The position numbers and the translations under genes are program-made. From Cyanophora paradoxa CCMP329 (lineage: Eukaryota; Plantae; Glaucophyta), in assembly GCA_004431415.1 (NCBI GenBank), contig QPMI01000167.1, positions 1 to 64,000 on the forward strand: a DNA stretch of 64,000 bases. The letters run 5' to 3'. Shown here piece by piece: positions 1 to 11,179 of this stretch (positions within the stretch are counted from its first letter, which is position 1; each line of letters begins with the position of its first letter). A model generated the notes under the pieces. The model saw nothing but the letters and a program-made list of their open reading frames with translations, had not been told where the DNA came from and did not search any database.

Positions 1-1094
1 GCCGCGGGTGAAAGCGGCACTGGCGGAGGCGTCGCGGCGGGGCGTGCGGATCGTTTTAGCGACCGGCAAGACGCAGTTCGCCACGCGGGTGCGCGCAGTC
101 TCGACACGCCCGCCCCGCTCTTAAGCTTCACTCACGCAGGAAATCTTGGAGGAAATCGCAAGCGTGTGCCCGCGGGCCGGGGAGGTGCCGGGCGTCTTCC
201 TGCAGGGGACGCTGGTGGCGATGCCGGACGGGCGCGCGGTGAGCGAGCGGAGGCTGGGGCGGGAGGTGGCGGAAGAGGTGGTGGCCTTCGCGGAGGGGCG
301 GGGGCGCGGTGCGGCGCTCGCGTACTGCGGCTCCCGCATCGTGGCGCGCGAGGCGACGCCGGAGCTCGTGGAGGCGATCGTGCGCTTCCACGAGCCCCGG
401 CCCGAGTCCCTGCACGCCGCCCTCCCGGGGCTCCCCCGGGGGGCCTCCCTCGCCGCCGCCCACGCCGCCCTCCCCTTCTACAAGCTCCTCATCCTCGACG
501 AGCCAGAGGAGGCCGGCGCCCCCGCCCCCGCCGCCTGCGCGGCTGCTGAGGGCGCCCGCGGCGGCAGGTGGCGGCGATGCGGCCGGCGGTGGAGGAGCTC
601 GTCGCCGGGCGGGGGACCGTCGTGCAAGCCCTCGACAACATGCTCGAAGTCCTGTCCGCCCCGCCCCCGCCCCGCCCCGCCCTCGCGCCACCGGCGGGGC
701 GCGACGGGGGGGCGCGGGCAGGCCGCTGGGGGTGAACAAGGGGGCGGGGGTGGGGCGGGCGCTGGAGCTGGTGGGCACGGGTGGGGCGAGGTGATGGCCC
801 TCGGGGACGCCGAGAACGACCGCGAGATGCTCCTCTCCGCCCGCCTCGGCGTCGCCCTCGGGCCCCCCCCCCCCCCCCCCCCCCCCCCCACCCCCCCCCA
901 CCCCCCCCAACCCCGCGCCCCGCCCCCTCACCGCGGCGCAGGAACGCCAAGGGCGCCCTCAAGGAGCTCGCCGACGAGGTCGTCCCCTCGCACGACGAGG
1001 ACGGCGCCGCCATCGTCTGCCCCCGCCGCCCTCGGCCCCGCTCACCTCACCCGCCCTCGCGCAGGCCATCGAGCGCTTCGTCCTCGGCATGTAG
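1..1094 (+). CDS. Cof-type HAD-IIB hydrolase (5' end outside window), multi-exon
   Basis: Spliced translation gives VRIVLATGK, VFLQGTLV, YKLLIL, MLEVLPLGVNKG, MALGDAENDREML, GVALGNA...LKELADEV...HDEDGAA; TAG at 1092-1094. Includes a GC-AG intron at 512-567. Confidence 0.9.
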
Positions 1095-1629
1095 CTCGTC
1101 GGCCCCGCACGCCCACCCGCCCCCCGCCCCCCTTCCTCCCCCGCAAAGAAGAACGCCTCACATTTACACACAAGGTATAAAAACAATCCCAAAAAACCAC
1201 ACAATTGCTCTACATAATTGCAGAAGGGAAAAGCGAATGAAGCCTAGAGGAAAAAGCGAATGGACAAAGGAAAGGATGCGCTGCCAGGGGGAGGATCCTG
1301 CGCACGCAAAGATCCTGTACAATAATTGGGAGGGTGCCCTACAACGTAACACGTTCCAGCCTGAGCTGCATGAGGCTCCAGAGCACAGGGAGCCGGCGAG
1401 CAAAGCCGGGGGCGGGGGCCGCCTGCTCGAGTCGCTGCATACCGTACGGAGAACTGCCTTGAAGACTGTCTGACTGCACACTGGATGGACACTTTATCGA
1501 AACTGTTGTGGGGAACGGAAAAAGGTTCCTGCCGTCGGCGCCAAAAAGTGGCGAAGCACTGCGAAAAAAAGGCCAGAAAAAGGGGATAAAAGGCCTGATA
1601 AAGGAATCGGGGGCGCGGGGGGGGGGCCC

Positions 1630-3578
1630 TCAGTGGAAGGAAGAGCGGCGGGGGGCGGGGTCGGCGTCGGGCAGGGCGGCCTCGGGGACGGCGGCCGGCG
1701 GGTCCTGGAGCACGACGTCGGGCGGGGCGCCGCCGGCGAACCCGGCGGGAGCGCCCGGGGCGGGGGCGTGGGCGAGGAGGAGGGGGCGAGGGCGGGGCTG
1801 GAGGCGGGGCGGGCGGGGCGGGGCGCTGGGCGGGGACGAGGCGGGGCCGGGGAGGGCGGGGCCCTCGGCGACGAGGCGGCGCCACTTGTGCGGGCTCTCC
1901 ACGAAGACCCGCGTGCTCGGCGACCCCGCGCCCCGCGGCGTCCCCCGGCCCCGCCCCGCACCCCCCCGCCCACCCCAACCCCACCGCCGGCGACCCGGCG
2001 CCCGACGACGGCAGCGAGAGCTGCGACGGCGACAGCGCCAGCGCCGGCGGCGGCTGCCGAGGCGGTCAGCGCAGGCGGCCGGCGTCGGGGGGAGGGAGGG
2101 GGGGCGCGCACGGAGAGAGCGGTGAGGGGGGAAGGCCCCTCCTCGGGGAGGCTCCCCGGGGCGAGGCGGCGCTTGCGGCCGAGGGCGAGGGACGGGTCGA
2201 GGGGCGGGCGGGCCTCGGAGGAGGCGGCGAGCTCGTCGAGGCGCCACTCCGAGGTGCTGCGGAAGAGCGGGCAGCGCGGCCGCGAGTGCCGCGTCGCCCG
2301 CGCCACGCCCCAGCGCGCCGACGCCATCATCCGCATCCCGCCCGGCGCCGGCGGCGGCGGCGGCGCGAAGAACGAGGCCGTCGAGACGACCCGCCGCATC
2401 GCCGGCGACGGCTCCCGCGGCGGCGGCGGCCCAGCGGCGGCGTGCAGCTCGGGCCCCGCATCGGCCTGCGCCGTGTCGGCCGGGCCGGGGCCGGGGCCGG
2501 TGGGGGTGGTGGGGGTGGGGGTGGTGGGGGCGGGGGCGGGGCGGACCGTGCGGGGGCGAGCTCGAAGACGGGGGCGAGCTCGAAGGGGTTCGCGAGCTCG
2601 AGGCCGGAGAGTCGAGGGGGATCTCCAGCCGCAGCGGCGTTGCCCGCGACGCCGCCCGCAGCCCTGCGCGCGCCGACCGTCGGCCCCGCCGCCCGGGGAG
2701 CCGCGCGCGGGGCCGGCGCACCGAGCGAGGGGAGCGAGGCCTGCGAGTCGGCCGAGGAGCGGCGGCCGGGGGCGGCGCCGCGCGGGGTGATGTGGCCGCT
2801 GGAGCTGCGGGGGCGTGAGGAGGGGGCCGGGGCGCGGGGCGGGGCGGGCGGGCCTGAGGATGTGGGCGAGCTCGCCGTCGTCGTCGGCGTCGTCGGAGGA
2901 GGCGGCGCGGTGCAGCGCGTCCCGCAGCGACGTCGGTGAGAGCGCGCTCCACGGGCACCGCCCCGGCCAGCTCGGCGACGACGCCCGCGCCGGCGGGATC
3001 CCGATTGGCGCCAGCGGCGGCGGCGTCGAGAGGTACAGCCCCGACGGGGAAGGAACGGAAAAGGAAGAGGAGGGGCGGGGTTCCGGTGAGGCGGCCGCCC
3101 GCTCAAAATCGCGCCCCAGGGGCACGACGGGCACGGAGGAGCGTGGCGGGAAGTCGAAGGCGGGGGAGGATCCGGCGGCGGGGGGAGTCCGCGGCACAGC
3201 GGCGAGACTGCAGAGGCGGCCCTCCGAGCGGGATCCAGCGCGGGCCGCAGCCACGGAGCGGAGGCCCGGCAGGCTCGGGGCGCTGCTCGAGGGGACGAGG
3301 CGCGCGTTGGCCGGGGTGACGAGGTCGCGCAGGCGCGGGCTGCACGCCGGCACTTCCTCCGGTGACTGCGAGACGCTGCTGCGCGACGCAGCCCAACGGC
3401 CGTGCCCGTCGGCGCTGGAGGGGACGGACGGGACGAGGGCTGAAGGCGAGGAGCACTCCGAGAGCCCTTCCTCGAGGGGCCCCTCGTCTCCGCGACAAAA
3501 CTCCATCAGCTCCCGCTGCAGGTTGCACGCGTAAGCCCCGCGGCCCAGCGACGCCTCGCCCAGCGAAGCTGAGCCCAT
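1630..3578 (-). CDS. Hypothetical Ser/Pro-rich protein with one hydrophobic segment near the C-terminus, multi-exon
   Basis: Long open first exon from ATG 3578, intron-like GC-rich interruptions with CAG acceptors, hydrophobic stretch AVAVAALAAVVG, stop at 1630. No family recognised. Confidence 0.5.
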
Positions 3579-4142
3579 CGGAATTGTGGTTCTTGTCCGT
3601 CCGACGGCCGCGGTGGAGCGCGTTGCCGCTGTGGTCACTCGGCGGCAGCCAGCTCACGTCCCTAAGTCATCATGGCTTGCCGCGTTGAGCCCAGCGGGCC
3701 GCGAAACCTCCGAACCCACCGCCGGCCGAGGGCCAACGGACGCGTACCGGCCGAATCGCGCCTTCCACCGCGGCCGCGACAAGACGCGATGAAGCGACGG
3801 ATGCTTAGCGCGGCAGGGGAACCTCCAGGAACCCGGATGGCGATGGATGGCTGAGGGAACCGCAGCAGGCCGGCCTGGGCGTCGACGTCGATGTCGAAGG
3901 CGACTCGCGCGCGCTATAGCGCTAGCTAGCTCGCGTCGCCTCGCGATAAGCCGCTGAGCGTCGCTGCAGGGCGGCGGGAAGCAGATCTAGAGGGAGCGCT
4001 AGCTCCTGGCGTTGGCGCTCCCGGCCCAATCCCCCCCCCCCTCGCGATGGGCCAATGGTAAGGTAGCGCAAGGGGGGTACATCAGACGACTATGAAAATC
4101 GGGGCCGCACACACGAATTCCAGTTCTCCGAAAACGAGTCGA

Positions 4143-4313
4143 TTTTTTTTTTTTTCTACGGTGGGCGTGCCCACTCGTAGTACACAACGAGGATACAAGT
4201 CACGGTATCGGGAATCACAGGGATTCGAAGTACAACGTAGCGGAAACAGCAGGAACCGAACCCGGGAATCCGGGAGGTCGTAGCACGACCTTATACCACT
4301 GCGCTAAAGCGCG
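4143..4313 (-). mobile_element. tRNA-derived SINE-like retroposon
   Basis: Minus strand: A-box TAGCGCAGTGG, hairpin GGTCGT-GCT-ACGACC, B-box-like GGTTCGGTTCC, ~100-nt body with a 3' hairpin, then A13 tail (T-run 4143-4155 on +). Confidence 0.7.
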
Positions 4314-4513
4314 ATCCCGTGCACGTGCTATATATAGCTATAGCTAGCTATAGCTATAGCGAGCAGGGAGTCATTAATATTTAGTTAATATATGCGCAAA
4401 TATATGTATGTGCGTACGTGCATGCATGCATGCATTCAATAAACATATATATGTCGATACCGGCCGCGGTAACTCCATATTATAAATATTCAACTTATAG
4501 TTAATTATAATTA

Positions 4514-6136
4514 CAAGATCCGTGCTCCTGCGGAGCACTAAGTACGGCGAAGCCTCGCGGACGCCCTCGCGGCTGTCACAGTAGGCCTATATATAGGGCA
4601 CTGGCCAGCGGCCTGGCCGATCGCGAACAGCTTTCTGGCTAGAAGCTGGCTGGCTGACGGCCAGTCCAGCTAACGCTGGTCGGCTAGCTAGAGTAATATT
4701 AATGCCATTATGTACTGAGCGAGGAAATAATTAAAGAGTGGAGCAGATCGATCTAGTTTGAGAGGAGATTAATTATATAATATTGTTGGGAAGGAGGCCC
4801 GGCAGGGGCGAGGTTCTCGCGGCCAGGCGCATGCACAGAGCTTGCGAATCGCTTAAAAAGAATCTCGAACGCATATAGCATCGATGTGCAGGTCTGCGGA
4901 GGCGAGGGCGCGCGGAAAGATGTGCAGGCGTGGCCAGGATCGAAGTTTTGCGTCGGCTGGATTGCCGCCGTCCGCAGAGCTCGCGCAAAGCTTTACAAAG
5001 AGCTCAAATGAATACTGTAGCAATGCCCATGCGTGAGCATGCGAGGGCGTGCATGCGGAAAGCTGTGCGCGCAGGTCCGTGCAAGATCGAACTTTCGGGG
5101 TTGGCTGGGTTCTCGCGGCCCGGCGCATCTGTAAAGCATGCGGAAGGCTTTGTCTACATCTCACATGCATATGCTATTGTCCCGCGCATGTGCCGCGGCG
5201 TGGGCGCGCAGAAAGATGTCCGGGTCCGTGCAGGATCGAATTTTTGCCGTCGGCTGGGTTCTCGTGGTCTTCGGCGTGTTCGAAGCTTGTCGAAGGCTTT
5301 GATAAAATCTCAAATGAATATTGTAGCGATGCGCATGCGCGAGGATGCGAGGGCGCGCGGAAAGATGTGCAGGTCTGTAGAGGATCGAATTTTCGGGGTG
5401 GGCTGGGTCCCCGCGGCCCCGCGCATACGCAAAGCGTGCGGAATGCTTTGTCTACATCTCGAATGCTTATGTTATTGCTCCGCGCATGCGCCGCAGCGTG
5501 GGCGCGCGGAAAGATGTCCGGGCCCGTGCAGGATCCGGATCGAATTTTTGCCATCGGGTACCTTCCTGCACTGTTCGGCCTCCGAAAAGCGGATTTCTGG
5601 AGTACGCAGACCTTGCTATGTCTATGCGCGCCAGTACGCATCGATTGCGCGCGTCGCGGGACCGGGCGGAACCGGCCGGATCAAATTTTCGGCCAAGTCT
5701 TCGCACTGGAGCGTCGACGGCGCCCGAAATCGAGCTTGCGGCGATGCGCTCGCCCTCGCGCGTCACTCCGTATCGTTCTGGGGCGTCCCTGGCGCGATTT
5801 CGTCGCGGGACCGGGCGGGACCGGGTCCCACCTTCTGACTCGGACTGCGTTTGTCGGAGGTTAAGTACCGGAATTGATCCAGAGGGAAATTCGATATTCG
5901 CGGGACGCCCACGGGGGAGCGGTCGTCTTAGGGAAGCCAGGACGCTAAAAATGGATCTAGAGAGGTCTGTGGGGGTTCGGGTGGCTGTGTGACTAGCGGC
6001 AATCGCGTCCGTGTCGAGGCAGAATTAATAATTCTGCCTCGAGGGAGTGCGACACGGAAATTATTTAGCAGGGGGGATCTCGAGTGGAAAAAAAGGTTAA
6101 AAAAGGAATTTAGATCGTCGGTTTTTGGGTTTGAGA
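4514..6136 (-). mobile_element. Non-autonomous Helitron-like element, copy 1 (1623 bp)
   Basis: Minus strand starts TC(TCAAACCC) and ends with hairpin GTGCTCC-GCA-GGAGCAC (4522-4538) + GGATCTTG followed by T; internal ~150-bp subrepeats; no Rep/helicase ORF. Confidence 0.7.
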
Positions 6137-7669
6137 CAAGATCCGTGCTCCTGCGGAGCACTAAGTACGGCGAAGCCTCGCGGACGCCCTCGCGGCTGTC
6201 ACAGTAGGCCTATATATAGGGCACTGGCCAGCGGCCTGGCCGATCGCGAACAGCTTTCTGGCTAGAAGCTGGCTGGCTGACGGCCAGTCCAGCTAACGCT
6301 GGTCGGCTAGCTAGAGTAATATTAATGCCATTATGTACTGAGCGAGGTTCTCGCGGCCAGGCGCATGCACAGAGCTTGCGAATCGCTTAAAAAGAATCTC
6401 GAACGCATATAGCATCGATGTGCAGGTCTGCGGAGGCGAGGGCGCGCGGAAAGATGTGCAGGCGTGGCCAGGATCGAAGTTTTGCGTCGGCTGGATTGCC
6501 GCCGTCCGCAGAGCTCGCGCAAAGCTTTACAAAGAGCTCAAATGAATACTGTAGCAATGCCCATGCGTGAGCATGCGAGGGCGTGCATGCGGAAAGCTGT
6601 GCGCGCAGGTCCGTGCAAGATCGAACTTTCGGGGTTGGCTGGGTTCTCGCGGCCCGGCGCATCTGTAAAGCATGCGGAAGGCTTTGTCTACATCTCACAT
6701 GCATATGCTATTGTCCCGCGCATGTGCCGCGGCGTGGGCGCGCAGAAAGATGTCCGGGTCCGTGCAGGATCGAATTTTTGCCGTCGGCTGGGTTCTCGTG
6801 GTCTTCGGCGTGTTCGAAGCTTGTCGAAGGCTTTGATAAAATCTCAAATGAATATTGTAGCGATGCGCATGCGCGAGGATGCGAGGGCGCGCGGAAAGAT
6901 GTGCAGGTCTGTAGAGGATCGAATTTTCGGGGTGGGCTGGGTCCCCGCGGCCCCGCGCATACGCAAAGCGTGCGGAATGCTTTGTCTACATCTCGAATGC
7001 TTATGTTATTGCTCCGCGCATGCGCCGCAGCGTGGGCGCGCGGAAAGATGTCCGGGCCCGTGCAGGATCCGGATCGAATTTTTGCCATCGGGTACCTTCC
7101 TGCACTGTTCGGCCTCCGAAAAGCGGATTTCTGGAGTACGCAGACCTTGCTATGTCTATGCGCGCCAGTACGCATCGATTGCGCGCGTCGCGGGACCGGG
7201 CGGAACCGGCCGGATCAAATTTTCGGCCAAGTCTTCGCACTGGAGCGTCGACGGCGCCCGAAATCGAGCTTGCGGCGATGCGCTCGCCCTCGCGCGTCAC
7301 TCCGTATCGTTCTGGGGCGTCCCTGGCGCGATTTCGTCGCGGGACCGGGCGGGACCGGGTCCCACCTTCTGACTCGGACTGCGTTTGTCGGAGGTTAAGT
7401 ACCGGAATTGATCCAGAGGGAAATTCGATATTCGCGGGACGCCCACGGGGAGCGGTCGTCTTAGGGAAGCCAGGACGCTAAAAATGGATCTAGAGAGGTC
7501 TGTGGGGGTTCGGGTGGCTGTGTGACTAGCGGCAATCGCGTCCGTGTCGAGGCAGAATTAATAATTCTGCCTCGAGGGAGTGCGACACGGAAATTATTTA
7601 GCAGGGGGGATCTCGAGTGGAAAAAAAGGTTAAAAAAGGAATTTAGATCGTCGGTTTTTGGGTTTGAGA
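6137..7669 (-). mobile_element. Non-autonomous Helitron-like element, copy 2 (1533 bp)
   Basis: Near-identical to copy 1 except an ~89-bp deletion; exact CTTG|TC head-to-tail junctions on both sides. Confidence 0.7.
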
Positions 7670-9610
7670 CAAGATCCGTGCTCCTGCGGAGCACTAAGTA
7701 CGGCGAAGCCTCGCGGACGCCCTCGCCGCTGTTACAGTAGGCCTATATATATAGGGCACTCAGCGACTGGCCAGCGGCCTGGCCGATCGCGAACAGCTTT
7801 CTGCAGCTGGCTGGAAGCTGGCTGGCTGACGGCCAGTCCAGCTAGCGCTGGCCGGCTAGAGGAATATTAATTTACTGAGGAACTAAAGGGTGGAGCAGAT
7901 TGAGAAGAGATTAATTATAATATTGTTGGGAAGGAGGCCCGGGAGGGGCGAGGTTCTCGCGGCCAGGCGCATGCACAGAGCTTGCGAATCGCTTAAACAG
8001 AATCTCGCGATCGAATGTATATAGCATCGATGTGCGGGGCTGCGGAGGCGAGGGCGCGCGGAAAGACGTGCAGGTCCATGCAGGATCGAATTTTCGGGGT
8101 CGGCTGGATTCTCGCGCCCTGTCGCGTCCTCGGAGCTCGCGAAAAGCTTAACAAAGATCTCAAATTACTATTGTAGCGATGCGCACGCGCGAGGATGCGA
8201 GGGCGCGCGGAAAGCTGTGCAGGTCCGTATACGTACAGGATCGAATTTTCGGGGTCGGCTGGGTCCTCGCGGCTCGGCGCATACGCAAAGCGTGCGGAAG
8301 TCTTTGCCTACATCTCAAATGCTTATGCTATTGTTCCGCGCATGCGCCGCGGCGTGGGCGCGCGGAAAGATGTCCGGGTCCGTGCAGGATCGAATTTTTG
8401 CCGTCGGCTGGGTTCTCGTGCTCTTTCGCGTCTTCGAAGCTTGTGGAAGGCTTTGATAAAATCTCAAATGAATATTGTAGCGATGCGCATGCGCGAGAAT
8501 GCGAGGGCGTGCGGAAAGATGTTCAGGTCCGTACAGGATCGAATTTCGGGGTCGGCTGGGTCCTCGCGGCCTGGTGCATTTAGAGACCGTGCGGAAGTCT
8601 TCTTCTACATCTAAAATGCATATGCTATCGTTCCGCGCATGCGCCGCGGCGTGGGCGCGCGGAAAGATCTCCGGGCCTGTCTAGGATCGAATTCTTGCCG
8701 TCGGGTATGTCCAGGATCGAATTTTTGCGTCGGCTGGGTTCTCGTGCCCTGTCGCGCCTGCAGAGCTTGCGAAAAGCTTTAAAAAGGAGTCAACTGAAAA
8801 TTGTAGCGATGCGCTCGCGTGAGGATGCGAGGGCGCGCGGAAAGTTGTGCAGGTCCGTCCAGGATCGAATTTCCGGGGTCGGCTGGGTCCTCGCGGCCCG
8901 GCGCATTTAGAGACCGTGCGGAAGGCTTCTTCTACATCTCAAATGCTTATGCTATCGTTCCGCGCATGCGCCGCGGCGCGGGCGCGCGGAAAGATCTCCG
9001 GGCCTGTCTAGGATCGAATTTTTGCCGTCGGGTACCTTCCTGCGCTCTTCCGGCTCCGAAAAGCGGATTTCGGGGGTGCGCAGGCGCTGCTATGTCTATG
9101 CGCGCCCGTACGCATCGATTGCGCGCGTCGCGGGACCGGCCGGAACCGGCCGGATCAAATTTTCGGCCGACTCTTCGCACTGGAGCGTCGACGGCGCGCG
9201 AAATCGGGTTTGCGGCGATGCGCTCGCCCTCGCGCGTCATTCTGTATCGTTCTGGGGCGTTCCTGGCGCGATTTTGTCGCGGGACCGGGCGGGACCGGGT
9301 CCCACCTTCTGACTCGGACTGGATTTGTCGGAGGTTAAGAACCGGAATTGATCCAGAGGAATATTCGATATTCGCGCGACGCCCACGGGAGAGCGGTCGT
9401 CTTAGGGGAGCCAGGACGCTAAAATTGGCTCTAGAGAGGTCTGTGGGGGTTCGGGTGGCTGTGTGACTAGCAGCAATCGCGTCTGTGTCGAGGCAAAATT
9501 AATAATTCTGCCGCGAGGGAGTGCGACACGGAAATTATTTAGCAGGGGGGATCTCGAGTGGAAAAAAAGGTTAAAAAAGGAATTTAGATCGTCGGTTTTT
9601 GGGTTTGAGA
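7670..9610 (-). mobile_element. Non-autonomous Helitron-like element, copy 3 (1941 bp, diverged)
   Basis: Same termini and hairpin; about 7 rather than 5 internal subrepeats; many substitutions versus copies 1 and 2. Confidence 0.7.
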
Positions 9611-9658
9611 AAGAGGCTTCGCCTGAAAGAGGCTTCGCCTGAAAGAGGCTTCGCCTGA
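9609..9658. repeat. 16-bp tandem repeat x3 (GAAAGAGGCTTCGCCT)
   Basis: Read directly; each unit holds a mini-hairpin AGGC-TTC-GCCT; abuts the element terminus. Confidence 0.9.
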
Positions 9659-10028
9659 TAAAGACTGATTGGCTCGATCGATCGAGTTTTACGTACTAGT
9701 ATACCAACTGGACAGTGCTAGTGGCCAGTTGAAATCAAGTTTTGCACAAAAATGCGGACGTACTCGGTACCAATCCGGACCGGTACCGGATTTGCGTGCG
9801 GAAATTCAGGAAACTTGATTGAAATTGCCAAGTTGAGGTGAATTTCAGGCCCAACACAGCACGCCGGTCCGACTGGGGCCGCGCCGGCGGCTGCATATTA
9901 TACAGCAAATATATGCACTGATAAAAAGCAATGTATACTTGCGGAAATAGCTCTCAAGATCTTGTATATGTATACCAGATCGAGATCGCTCGGCGCTGCC
10001 GTCTGCGCTAGCTAGCATACCCGTCAGG

Positions 10029-11179
10029 ATGCTCGCCTTCCGCGGCGCCGACTTGCCGACCGGGATCCTCGCGCCGCCCGTAGCACACCAGTACGTGTTC
10101 CAGCTGCCGGAGCTTCCTTTCCACGATGCGGGCAACCCGTGGGCATGGATGCAGCAGCTGCAGCAGCCAGCGCCGCCTCCGCAGCTGCCACCAGACGCCT
10201 ACTACACGCCAGCGCCCTGCATTCAGCCTACTGTCGAGGCGACGCAGGCTGTGTCGCGCCGGCTGCGTGGCGCCAACGTCGCTATGCAGCGGTTCCCGCC
10301 AGCAAGCACCGCGGCCGCCCGCGGGCTCTTTCGTGCGGAGGCTCTCGCCGGCCATCCGGATAGCGGATGCATAGTGCCATCCCTAGGCGGCAAGCAAGTC
10401 CCGCGCCGCTACAATCCCGCCGGGAACGGGACCATGCTAGGCGCAACGTTCGCCGAGTCGATTGGCAACTCGGTGAAGAACGCCGGCGTTTTGATGTACA
10501 ACATAGTCGTAGCCGCGCACCGCGTTGCTACGGAGAAGAGGCAGCGGCCGTCGGGCAAGACGATCATCGGCTACATGGACGAACTGGTGCACTGGCGCCG
10601 CGCTGCCTCCGCCACGCAAGCTGACGCTAGCTACGAGCGCAGACGGCCCAAAAGTGGCTTGTGGACCGTGCGACGCAGGAAGGCGCGACCGTGGAGAAGA
10701 AGGGAACGAAGTTGGTGGTCAAGATCACGTCGATGAAGCAGTTGTGCGGGATCGCAGGTGCGCGTCTACATCTGCGGTCGATGCGCGCCGCGCTGCCGGG
10801 TGACGTGCGCACGCGTACGCGCAGGCACTGTTCAGGCCGGCTTCCCCACGCAGAACTTCGTCATCAGCCCGGAGGGCATCGCTTCAGAGACCTACGTGCC
10901 CGCGTCGAACGACGTGGTGTTCAGCGTGGATTCCGCTCGCCTCCCGGCACGTCGCGAGAGAGGTCCGCGCATGCGGCGCCCCGCCCGCGACCCGCCTACG
11001 TATATACGCCAACGGTGGTCGCAGTTGCCGCCCTGCAGAAGGTGCTTATCTTGAAGTACGAGGACCTCTACACGAAGGACCAACGCGGCCACCTGGACAT
11101 GTCGACCGGGCGTCCCTTCGTGCTCGTCTTCATCCTGGACAAGGGCGCGGCGTCGGTGGCTTCAGTGCCTGGCGTGTAG
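10029..11179 (+). CDS. Orphan intron-containing gene in the repeat island (possibly a pseudogene)
   Basis: ATG 10029; plausible introns 10587-10642, 10758-10824 and one ending at ~11024; TAG at 11177-11179, but protein-like reading continues (GELYVSGDERHIPG...). No family recognised. Confidence 0.5.

Noticed and set aside
4240-4313. Functional tRNA gene
   Set aside because: No proper acceptor stem or 7-nt anticodon loop, the B-box deviates, and a body plus A-tail follows.
4773-9466. Repeated ORFs within the 1.5-1.9 kb units
   Set aside because: Translations of a non-coding satellite; frames are not conserved between copies and show no domain motifs.
4514-9610. rDNA spacer, 5S or SL-RNA array
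   Set aside because: No rRNA, 5S or Sm-site sequence recognised; the termini fit a Helitron better.
11177-11179. TAG reassigned to Gln
   Set aside because: TAG is the evident stop of several conserved genes here (HAD, CoA-transferase, ARMC1, LRRC23).
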